DNA of 64,000 nucleotides from positions 620,001 to 684,000 of the forward strand of contig NIVC01000251.1 in NCBI GenBank assembly GCA_002269645.1, read 5' to 3'. This DNA is from Macrostomum lignano (lineage: Eukaryota). Below, one piece after another: positions 51,301 through 61,454 of this stretch. How positions within the stretch are numbered: position 1 is the first letter of the stretch; every line of letters begins with the position of its first letter. A program made the translations under genes and the position numbers. The notes beneath the pieces are model-generated. The model saw only the letters and a list, made by a program, of their open reading frames with translations, was not told the DNA's origin and searched no databases.

Positions 51301-54300
51301 AAGGAGATCTGCGAGATGATTGAGTCGAAAAACCCACCAGGAATATTTTGTGTACTTGACGACGTCTGCGCTACGGTGCACGCGGTGACTGAAGGCATCG
51401 ACAGAAAATTCTGCCAGAAATTGGCTGGCACCTTCAGCTCCTACAGGTGACTTTGGAGGCCTTCGTTGAGTGCTAACTACTCGCTAGGAGCTGTGACAGA
51501 CAGGCAGACGCTGAGACAGATTCAGGCAGACACTGTTACATTAGCACATTCAAAGTTATGCTTCACATACTTAAGCGTTGTTAAAAATTGTTGCTAGAAT
51601 CATAGTTAAGACTCAAATGCCACCAGAATTGGGTTTCAAATCGGCGCCAAAATTTTGTTTCAAATAGGCGCCAAAATTGGGTTTTAAATCGGCGCCAAAA
51701 TGAGTTTTAAATCGGCGCCAAAATTGAGTTTCAAATCGGCGCCAAAATTGGATTTCAAATCGGCGCCGAAAAGGAATTTTAAATCAGCGCGAAAATTGGG
51801 TTTTAAATCGGCGCCAAAATTGAGTTTTAAATCGGCGCCAAAATTGAGTTTCAAATCGGCGCCAAAATTGGATTTCAAATCGGCGCCGAAAAGGAATTTT
51901 AAATCAGCGCGAAAATTGGGTTTTAAATTGGCGCCAAAAGTTAAAATTCAATTCGAAGCTTGAAGTAAAAATGTTTAAGCAACAGAGTTAGTAAAGAATG
52001 AATCTGAATTCTCATTTCAGGTATTTCAGCTACGCCACAGACCAGTTCACCATCAGCCACTACGCCGGCTCCGTGCAGTACTCTCCGTCGGGTTTCTGCG
52101 AGAAAAATCGCGACGCTCTGAACAACGACTTGCTGCTGCTGATGCAGAGCAGCTCAAACGCTTTCATTCGAGCTCTGTTCCCGGAGAAAGTTCAGGACAG
52201 GTCAAGGCCAACCACGGCTGGTACGAAGATTCGTAGTCAGGCCAATCGGCTGGTGAAAACTCTGATGAGCTGCACTCCGCATTACATCCGGTGCATCAAG
52301 CCTAACGAGACTAAGAAGCCGGGCGATTTTGATATGGAACGGGTGAAGCACCAGGTGATGTACCTGGGACTCAAAGAGAACATCAACGTACGTCGGGCCG
52401 GTTTCGCCTATCGGAGGCCGTTCGATAAATTTCTGAAACGGTGAGCGCTTTTTCAAAGGAATTTTTACAATCTTTGGGGGTTCTTTTCTTTGACATTTTT
52501 ACAATTCTTTTACAAAAGAGGGTTGTAGTCTAGTGGTTAGAGCATCGGACTCACGACTGGAAGGTCAGGGATTCGATTCTCGACCCACTCGAAACAATTT
52601 AATTAGCTGTAAAATGGGTGCCAGCATTAGCTGGGGTAATTGAGGGTGCGTGTGGTGACCCCCCCCCCCACCCCCAGTCCTTGGACTGAACAGCCGTACG
52701 CAGCCTTCAGATGCGCCTTGCAATAGCTGCGGCTGAGTATTGGAATGTACAGTTTACCTGCCCCTGCCTCTCTTCCCCCTTTTCGCTCTGTACTGTACAC
52801 CCGCTTTATCGATCGCCCCAGCCCCCTTTTTGACTCATCAATGCTGGGCCGACCCCTTTCCCCCATGCCTTATCTATAAATATCTCTGATTAACTTGGTT
52901 GCTGATTTCTCAAATAGCCATTCATTAGCGGTTTGTGATCACGATAATTGGTCCAAGGGGTTGTGAGTCCAAGCGATTCACAGATCAAGGCACAGACAGT
53001 GTACATGCCTGAAGATTAGAAAGACAGGGCCCTTGTACACCCTGTGAGAGAGTGCGCATGAGTGCATGTTAGGAGCCAGGGAAATGGGCAGAATAGCCTT
53101 ACATGTACAAGCGCCAGTTGTGGCACGATATCGCCGAGAAGTCGTTGCCCAAATCCCACAAGACTGTAATCTGATGAAACCGATATGTATCGTAATTAAC
53201 TTTACAAAGAACTGACCGAAAACTTTTAGCTACGCCATCCTCACCAAAGAGACTTGGCCTCAATGGCGCGGCGATCCCAAGAAAGGCATCAACCATCTGA
53301 TGGCTCACGTGGCGATGGACAGGGCGCAGTGGCAGCTGGGCAAGACTAAACTCTTCATCAAGAGTCCAGAATCTGTAAGTGAAAATAATCCTGCTCCTAT
53401 TCTTAACTTAATCCAATCCAGAATAAAAAACATTTGAATTTTAAACACCGGAATTTCAAGTATCAAAATTTGAAATCCAAAAAACTCGGAATCCTATGAT
53501 TCGAAACCCCAAAATTCAAATTCTTAAAACTCGAGATCTAAAATTTAAATCCCGAAATTTAAATCCCGAAATTCGAAATCCCAAAATTCGAAGTCCTGAA
53601 ATTCGAAATCCCGAAATTCGAAATCCCAATATCCGAAGCCACCAATTTTGAGATCCCATGATTTCAAATCCTATTAAGTCGAAATCCCGAAATGGCCGAC
53701 TCAATCCGCCAGCTCTTCATGCTCGAAGACGAGCGCCAGCGCCGGTTCGACCACTACGCCCGGGTCATCCAGAAAGCCTTCAGGTCGCACAATTCCGATC
53801 GAGCGGTCAGCAATCTGCGGAGTCGAGCTCGCGACCTCTACCACGGCAAGAAAGAACGGCGCTGGTGCAGCCTCTACAGGCAGTACGTCGGCGACTACAT
53901 CGGGCTCGATGAGCACCCGGGACCCACCGCCTGCCTTCGCCGGGAGAAACTGCTGCGCAAGAAGGACAAAGTGTTATTCGCTGAGACTGTGGTGAAATAT
54001 GACAGGCGCTTCCGGCCGGTGAACAGGGATCTGCTGCTGGCCGCGGACCGACTCAGCATCATCGGGCGCGAGCTGGTCAAGAAGGGACCGCAGAAGGGAC
54101 AGATTCTTGAGGTGTGGGATTTGTCTGTTTGTCTGCTGGTCCTCAGGGCCACCAGCCTCCCAGGTCCTCAGGGCCACCAGCCTCCCAGGTCCTCAGGGCC
54201 ACTAGCCTCCCAGGTCCTCAGGGCCACTAGCCTCCCAGGTCCTCAGGGCCACCAGCCTCCCACATCCTCAGTTGCTGGGCCAGCCTCCCAGATCCTCAGT

Positions 54301-57300
54301 TGCTGGGCCACCAGCCTCCCACATCCTCAGTTGCTGGGCCACCAGCCTCCCAGATCCTCAGTTGCTGGGCCACCAGCCTCCCAGATCCTCAGTTGCTGGG
54401 CCACCAGCCTCCCAGATCCTCAGTTGCTGGGCCAGCCTCCCAGATCCTCAGTTGCTGGGCCACCAGCCTCCCAGATCCTCAGTTGCTGGGCCACCAGCCT
54501 CCCAGATCCTCAGTTGCTGGGCCAGCCTCCCAGATCCTCAGTTGCTGGGCCACCAGCCTCCCAGATCCTCAGTTGCTGGGCCACCAGCCTCCCAGATCCC
54601 CAGTTGCTGGGCCAGCCTCCCAGATCCCAGTTGCTGGGCCAGCCTCCCAGATCCTCAGTTGCTGGGCCACCAGCCTCCCAGATCCTCAGTTGCTGGGCCA
54701 CCAGCCTCCCAGATCCTCAGTTGCTGGGCCACCAGCCTCCCAGATCCTCAGTTGCTGGGCCACCAGCCTCCCAGATCCTCAGTTGCTGGGCCAGCCTCCC
54801 AGATCCTCAGTTGCTGGGCCACCAGCCTCCCAGATCCTCAGTTGCTGGGCCACCAGCCTCCCAGATCCCCAGTTGCTGGGCCAGCCTCCCAGATCCCCAG
54901 TTGCTGGGCCAGCCTCCCAGATCCTCAGTTGCTGGGCCACCAGCCTCCCAGATCCTCAGTTGCTGGGCCACCAGCCTCCCAGATCCTCAGTTGCTGGGCC
55001 ACCAGCCTCCCAGATCCTCAGTTGCTGGGCCAGCCTCCCAGATCCTCAGTTGCTGGGCCACCAGCCTCCCAGATCCTCAGTTGCTGGGCCACCAGCCTCC
55101 CAGATCCCCAGTTGCTGGGCCAGCCTCCCAGATCCCCAGTTGCTGGGCCAGCCTCCCAGATCCTCAGTTGCTGGGCCACCAGCCTCCCAGATCCTCAGTT
55201 GCTGGGCCACCAGCCTCCCAGATCCTCAGTTGCTGGGCCACCAGCCTCCCAGATCCTCAGTTGCTGGGCCACCAGCCTCCCAGATCCTCAGTTGCTGGGC
55301 CAGCCTCCCAGATCCTCAGTTGCTGGGCCACCAGCCTCCCAGATCCTCAGTTGCTGGGCCACCAGCCTCCCAGATCCCCAGTTGCTGGGCCAGCCTCCCA
55401 GATCCCCAGTTGCTGGGCCAGCCTCCCAGATCCTCAGTTGCTGGGCCACCAGCCTCCCAGATCCTCAGTTGCTGGGCCACCAGCCTCCCAGATCCTCAGT
55501 TGCTGGGCCACCAGCCTCCCAGATCCTCAGTTGCTGGGCCACCAGCCTCCCAGATCCTCAGTTGCTGGGCCACCAGCCTCCCAGATCCTCAGTTGCTGGG
55601 CCAGCCTCCCAGATCCTCAGTTGCTGGGCCACCAGCCTCCCAGATCCTCAGTTGCTGGGCCACCAGCCTCCCAGATCCCAGTTGCTGGGCCAGCCTCCCA
55701 GATCCCCAGTTGCTGGGCCAGCCTCCCAGATCCTCAGTTGCTGGGCCACCAGCCTCCCAGATCCTCAGTTGCTGGGCCACCAGCCTCCCAGATCCTCAGT
55801 TGCTGGGCCACCAGCCTCCCAGATCCTCAGTTGCTGGGCCAGCCTCCCAGATCCTCAGTTGCTGGGCCACCAGCCTCCCAGATCCTCAGTTGCTGGGCCA
55901 CCAGCCTCCCAGATCCTCAGTTGCTGGGCCAGCCTCCCAGATCCTCAGTTGCTGGGCCACCAGCCTCCCAGATCCTCAGTTGCTGGGCCACCAGCCTCCC
56001 AGATCCCCAGTTGCTGGGCCAGCCTCCCAGATCCCCAGTTGCTGGGCCAGCCTCCCAGATCCTCAGTTGCTGGGCCACCAGCCTCCCAGATCCTCAGTTG
56101 CTGGGCCACCAGCCTCCCAGATCCTCAGTTGCTGGGCCACCAGCCTCCCAGATCCTCAGTTGCTGGGCCAGCCTCCCAGATCCTCAGTTGCTGGGCCACC
56201 AGCCTCCCAGATCCTCAGTTGCTGGGCCACCAGCCTCCCAGATCCCCAGTTGCTGGGCCAGCCTCCCAGATCCCCAGTTGCTGGGCCAGCCTCCCAGATC
56301 CTCAGTTGCTGGGCCACCAGCCTCCCAGATCCTCAGTTGCTGGGCCACCAGCCTCCCAGATCCTCAGTTGCTGGGCCACCAGCCTCCCAGATCCCCAGTT
56401 GCTGGGCCAGCCTCCCAGATCCTCAGTTGCTGGGCCAGCCTCCCAGATCCTCAGTTGCTGGGCCACCAGCCTCCCAGATCCTCAGTTGCTGGGCCATCCT
56501 CCAAGATCCCCAGTTGCTGGGCCAGCCTCCCAGATCCTCAGTTGCTGGGCCACCAGCCTACCAGATCCCCAGTTGCTGCTCCATCCTCCCAGATCCCCAG
56601 TTGCTGGGCCACCAGTCTCCCAGATCCTCAGTTGCTGGGCCAGCCTCCAAGATCCTCAGTTGCTGGGCCACCAGTCTCCCAGATCCTCAGTTGCTGGGCC
56701 ACCAGCCTACCAGATCCCCAGTTGCTGCTCCATCCTCCCAGATCCCCAGTTGCTGGGCCACCAGTCTCCCAGATCCTCAGTTGCTGGGCCAGCCTCCAAG
56801 ATCCTCAGTTGCTGGGCCACCAGTCTCCCAGATCCTCAATTGCTGGGTCAGCCTCCCAGATCCTCAGTTGCTGGGCCATCCTCCAAGATCCTCAGTTGCT
56901 GGGCCACCAGCCTCCCAGATCCTCAGTTGCTGGGCCAGCCTCCCAGATCCTCAGTTGCTGGGCCACCAGCCTACCAGATCCCCAGTTGCTGCTCCATCCT
57001 CCCAGATCTCCAGTTGCTGGGCCACCAGTCTCCCAGATCCTCAGTTGCTGGGCCAGCCTCCCAGATCCTCAGTTGCTGGGCCACCAGCCTCCCAGATCCC
57101 CAGTTGCTGGGCCACTGCCTCCCAGATCCTCAGTTGCTGCTCCATCCTTCCAGATCCTCAGTTGCTGGGCCACCAGCCTACCAGATCCTCAGTTGCTGGG
57201 CCACCAGCCTCCCAAATCCCCAGTTGCTGGGCCACTGCCTCCCAGATCCTCAGTTGCTGGGCCAGCCTCCCAAATCCTCAGTTGCTGGGCCACCAGCCTC

Positions 57301-60300
57301 CCAGATCCTCAGTTGCTGGGCCACCAGCCTACCAGATCCTCAGTTGCTGGGCCAGCCTCCCAAATCCCCAGTTGCTGGGCCACTGCCTCCCAGATCCTCA
57401 GTTGCTGGGCCAGCCTCCCAGATCCTCAGTTGCTGGGCCACCAGCCTCCCAGATCCTCAGTTGCAGGGCCACCAACCTCCCAGATCCTCAGTTGCAGGGC
57501 CACCAACCTCCCAGATCCTCAATTGCTGGGCCAGCCTCCCAGATCCTCAGTTGCTGGGTCAGTCTCCCAGATCCTCAGTTGCTGCTCCAGCAGCCTTCCA
57601 GATGCTGTTTCTGGGCCAGCCTTCCAGATCCTCAGTTGCTGGGCCACCAGCCTCCCAGATCCTCAGTTGCTGGGCCATCAGCCTTCCAGATGCTGTTGCT
57701 GGGTAAGTCGAATCAAAAGATTCTAAAACGTCAACTCGCAGGTCATCAAACGCTCGGTGGCCGTCTCGGACATCCTATCGCTGCACCTGTCTCCCTATCA
57801 AGACGGCTTCCTTGTGGTGAAATGTCGCGATGGAGACGATTCTCTGCTCGAAGTGGCGTGCAAAACCGAGTTGCTCCTGCTGCTACTCGAACGGAACCCG
57901 GATTTGAAAATCGACTTCAGCACCAGCGTGGAGTTCTCGCTGCCGAAACGGGGCCTGCTGGGCAGGACCACCCGGCGGGTGAACTTCGTGTGCGACAGGG
58001 CTCGAGTCCGCCAGCCTGACTCGGTGCACGATCGGCGAGTTGCCACGGACGACTCGGCTCGGGTCGTGCTCAAGTCTTCGGGAATCGGTGAGGTTTTTTT
58101 CCTGTACTGTTTGAATTATTTCCAAGAATCGCCTCTAAGCAGTTAGAGAATCAATCGTTCTTGAGCAGTTCCAAGAATCGCCTTTGAGCAGTTCTGCAAG
58201 CAATCGCCCCTGAGCAGTTCTGCAAAGAATCGCCCCTGAGCAGTTCTGTAAAGAATCGCCCCTGAGCAGTTCTGCAAAGAATCGCCCCTGAGCAGTTCGA
58301 AGAATCGCCCCTGAGCAGTTCTACAAAGAATCGCCCCTGAGCAGTTCTGCAAAGAATTGCCCCTGAGCAGTTCTGCAAAGAATCGCCCCTGAACAGTTCT
58401 GCAAAGAATCGCCCCTGAGCAGTTCTGCAAAGAATCGCCCCTGAGCAGTTCTGTAAAGAATCGCCCCAGAGCAGTTCTGTAAAGAATCGCCCCAGAGCAG
58501 TTCTGCAAAGAATCGCCCCTGAGCAGTTCTGCAAAAAATCGCCCCTGAGCAGTTCTGTAAAGAATCGCCCCTGAGCAGTTCGATCTGTAAAGAATCGCCC
58601 CAGAGCAGTTCTGTAAAGAATCGCCCCTGAGCAGTTCGAAGAATCGCCCCTGAGCAGTTCTACAAAGAATCGCCCCTGAGCAGTTCGAAGAATCGCCCCT
58701 GAGCAGTTCTGCAAAGAATCGCCCCTGAGCAGTTCTGTAAAGAATCGCCCCTGAGCAGTTCGATCTGTAAAGAATCGCCCCAGAGCAGTTCTGTAAAGAA
58801 TCGCCCCAGAGCAGTTCTGCAAAGAATCGCCCCTGAGCAGTTCTACAAAGAATCGCCCCTGAGCAGTTCTGTAAAGAATCGCCCCTGAGCAGTTCGATCT
58901 GTAAAGAATCGCCCCAGAGCAGTTCTGTAAAGAATCGCCCCTGAGCAGTTCGAAGAATCGCCCCTGAGCAGTTCTACAAAGAATCGCCCCTGAGCAGTTC
59001 GAAGAATCGCCCCTGAGCAGTTCTGCAAAGAATCGCCCCTGAGCAGTTCTGTAAAGAATCGCCCCTGAGCAGTTCGAAGAATCGCCCCTGAGCAGTTCTA
59101 CAAAGAATCGCCCCTGAGCAGTTCTGCAAAGAATCGCCCCTGAACAGTTCTCTAAAGAATCGCCCCTGAGCAGTTCTGCAAAGAATTGCCCCTGAGCAGT
59201 TCCAAGAATCGCACCTAAGCAGTTCTGCAAAGAATCGCCCATGATCAGTTCTAAGAATCGCCCATGAGCAGTTCCAAGAATCGCCCATGAGCAGTTCCAA
59301 GAATCGCCCATGAGCAGTTCCAAGAATCGCCCATGAGCAGTTCCAAGAATCGCCCATGAGCAGTTCCAAGAATCGCCCATGAGCAGTTCCAAGAATCGCC
59401 CATGAGCAGTTCCAAGAATCGCCCATGAGCAGTTCCAAGAATCGCCCATGAGCAGTTCCAAGAATCACTCCTGAGCAGTTCTAAGAATCGCCCCTGAGCA
59501 GTTCCAAGAATCGCCCATGAGCAGTTCCAAGAATCACTCCTGAGCAGTTCTAAGAATCGCCCCTGAGCAGTTCCAAGAATCGCCCCTGAGCAGTTCCAAG
59601 AATCGCCCCTGAGCAGTTCCAAGAATCGCCCCTGAGCAGTTCCAAGAATCGCCCCTGAGCAGTTCCAAGAATCGCCCCTGTATAAGGATTCAATTTTATA
59701 TGCATGTAGGCCTTAGGAACTATTTAAGACTAAGTAAGACTGAGGTAAGACTGAGGTAAGGTAAGAGTGAGCGTGCCATGACTATGTAATTTGATTATGA
59801 TCACTTAAGTAATTAGCATTAGATATGCAGATCAGATAGAGTAGTAATGGCTAAATCAGCCCCAGTGCTAGGCGATGGAATTGCTCAGACTTACCCAAGT
59901 AATGAGCAGTAGCGGAGGCACGCACAGTAGAACTTGCAGATATTACAACTTGGAGAGTAGAGTTTTTTAGAGAATAGAAGGCAGTGATAATTTAGTCAAA
60001 ATCATACTTATATTTATAGTTATTATTGCCCGTGCAGTTCCCAGTCGTCTAGTCCAGCACCCCAGTCATCAGATGTCGCCTTCTCCAACTCGTTACCTCG
60101 TTCCAGACTCGTTGACATCAGTTCCCAAGTTCCCACCGATTCTGAAAGGCTTAACCTGCGTAAAAGATTAGTTGGCCCCCACCCCACAAATACCCTAATG
60201 GACCCTTTAAAGTGGAAACAGACTTTTAGGGCGGCCTGCACTCGCCCTTTGCAATGCCGTCATCAAGCACTTGTGGCTTTTTGTAAGAGTGTAGCAGTCC

Positions 60301-61427
60301 GCATCTACAACACTCCACCACGCTCTGATAGCATTGCAGATCCCTAATTATTGCCTAATTTAGTCCCTAATACTACTTCCTAAAATAGTCCCTAAATAGT
60401 TCCTAAGGCTTACATGCATATAAAATTGAATCCTTATACCCTGAGCAGTTCTGTAAAGAATCGCCCCTGAGCAGTTCTGCAAAGAATCGCCCCTGAGCAG
60501 TTCCAAGAATCGCCCATGATCAGTTCTGCAAAGAATCGCCCCTGAGCAGTTCCAAGAATCGCCCATGATCAGTCCTGCAAAGAATCGCCCCTGAGCAGTC
60601 CGAAGAATCACCCCTGAGCAGTCCGAAGAATCACCCCTGAGCAGTCCGAATAATCGCCCCTGAGCAGTCCGAATAATCGCCCCTGAGCAGTCCGAAGAAT
60701 CGCCCCTGAGCAGTTCGAAGAATTGCCCCTGAGCAGTCCGAAGAATCGCCCTGAGCAGTCCGAAGAATCACCCTGAGCAGTCCGAATAATCGCCCCTGAG
60801 CAGTCCGAAGAATCGCCCATGAGTAGTTTTATTACCCAATCATAATTACTCTACTAACAGTAGAAAGTCGAATTTTTTACAAAACTCCTGCAGGTGGCAG
60901 CGGCGGCCTCACTGTCACGGTCGGCTCCGGCCTGTCAAACACAACGGACGCGTCGGGTCCCCGATCCAAGCAGGCTGGTGGCGGCGGGCAGCGAGCCGTC
61001 CGTCAGCAGCCGCAGGTCATCGATTCGCGGCTCCCGCCGGCCGGCCAGCTGCCCACAGCCAGGCGTCGGTCGCGAGGCAACAACAGCGGCACCGACGCCA
61101 GCGAGCGGCAGCAGCAGATCGCTCAACGCCGGCAAAGTTCTGCAACCACCGCAGCCAGCGGCAAGCTGCCGAAACCGACGCCCGCACAGCGACAGCAGCG
61201 ACAACAGCCGAATCCGAATCCGAATCCGCCGCCAATTCTCACTGACAGCGTCATCTATCAGGCTGTGCAAAAGCCGGGCCCGCCGAGGCCGCCAGTGCCG
61301 CGTCAGAAGCCGCCGCCTCCGCCGCCGACCGCAGTGCCGCGCTGTGTCGCTCTGTGGGCATACGACGCCCAGGACACGAACGAGCTCAGCTTTAACGTTG
61401 ATGATGTTATTGAAATTGTTAAAAAAG
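45342..61427 (+). CDS. myo1e: Long-tailed class I myosin (MYO1E/F-like), partial; exons 45342-45473, 45619-45708, 45787-45881, 46103-46280, 47316-47478, 47558-47661, 49922-50257, 51079-51446, 52021-52440, 53230-53374, 53713-54111, 57742-58087, 60894-61427; start and last exon(s) unresolved or outside the window
   Basis: [22 protein letters not shown]-loop GESGAGKT, switch I NNNSSRFGK, switch [18 protein letters not shown], one IQ (RVIQKAFR), TH1 (KYDRRF), Pro/Gln-rich TH2 and the start of an SH3 ([15 protein letters not shown]). All joins are phase-consistent. Confidence 0.94.
46385..46960. repeat. CT-rich simple repeat (CTCTCC)n in myosin intron
   Basis: Read directly. Confidence 0.9.
46983..47270 (+). 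mobile_element. tRNA-derived SINE, copy 1
   Basis: A-box-like TGGTCAGAGCATCGG and B-box GGTTCGATTC, then the core GAGTCCTTGAGAAAGACGCTT...CACCCAGCTGTAAAATGGGTGCC. A second copy lies at 52520. Confidence 0.85.
47780..48480. repeat. TCTCAGATCTC-based minisatellite in myosin intron
   Basis: Read directly. Confidence 0.88.
49075..49440. repeat. GGCGCCAAAATAAGGAGCG-type composite tandem repeat
   Basis: Read directly; GGCGCC core. Confidence 0.85.
50258..51045. repeat. About 25-bp minisatellite (GAAGAATCGCCCCTGAACCGATCCT)n filling myosin intron 50258-51078
   Basis: About 30 copies starting directly at the donor. Confidence 0.95.
51630..51945. repeat. 24-bp minisatellite (AAATCGGCGCCAAAATTGAGTTTY)n
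   Basis: About 13 copies, with a 120-bp block duplicated. Confidence 0.9.
52520..52740 (+). mobile_element. tRNA-derived SINE, copy 2 (internal deletion in the core)
   Basis: Shares head and 3' half (AGCTGTAAAATGGGTGCCAGCATTAGCTGGGGTAATTGAG...GCAATAGCTGCGGCTGAG) with the copy at 46983. Confidence 0.85.
53460..53690. repeat. About 15-bp degenerate repeat (GAAATCCCGAAATTC)n
   Basis: Read directly. Confidence 0.75.
54140..57700. repeat. 28/31-bp minisatellite (CAGTTGCTGGGCC[ACC]AGCCTCCCAGATCCT)n, about 3.55 kb, in myosin intron 12
   Basis: About 115 units. There are no stop codons in any + frame, hence three overlapping ORFs over 1100 aa. Confidence 0.97.
58130..60825. repeat. 23-26-bp minisatellite (AAGAATCGCCCCTGAGCAGTTC[TGCA])n in myosin intron 13, split by a TIR element
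   Basis: Array segments at 58130-59680 and 60439-60825. Confidence 0.95.
59681..60438. mobile_element. Non-autonomous TIR DNA transposon, 758 bp, superfamily unassigned
   Basis: 46-bp TIRs beginning TATAAGGATTCAATTTTATATGCATGTA (45/46 identical). TSD is CCCTG (5 bp), or CCT (3 bp) if the ends are GTATA...TATAC. Confidence 0.88.
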
Positions 61428-61454
61428 GTTGGAATCTAAAAATTTATTACGACC

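Noticed and set aside
54272-58019. 1144- and 1239-aa ORFs as independent genes
   Set aside because: Alternative frames of the same 28/31-bp array. Only the frame continuous with myosin exon 12 is kept, as a hypothesis.
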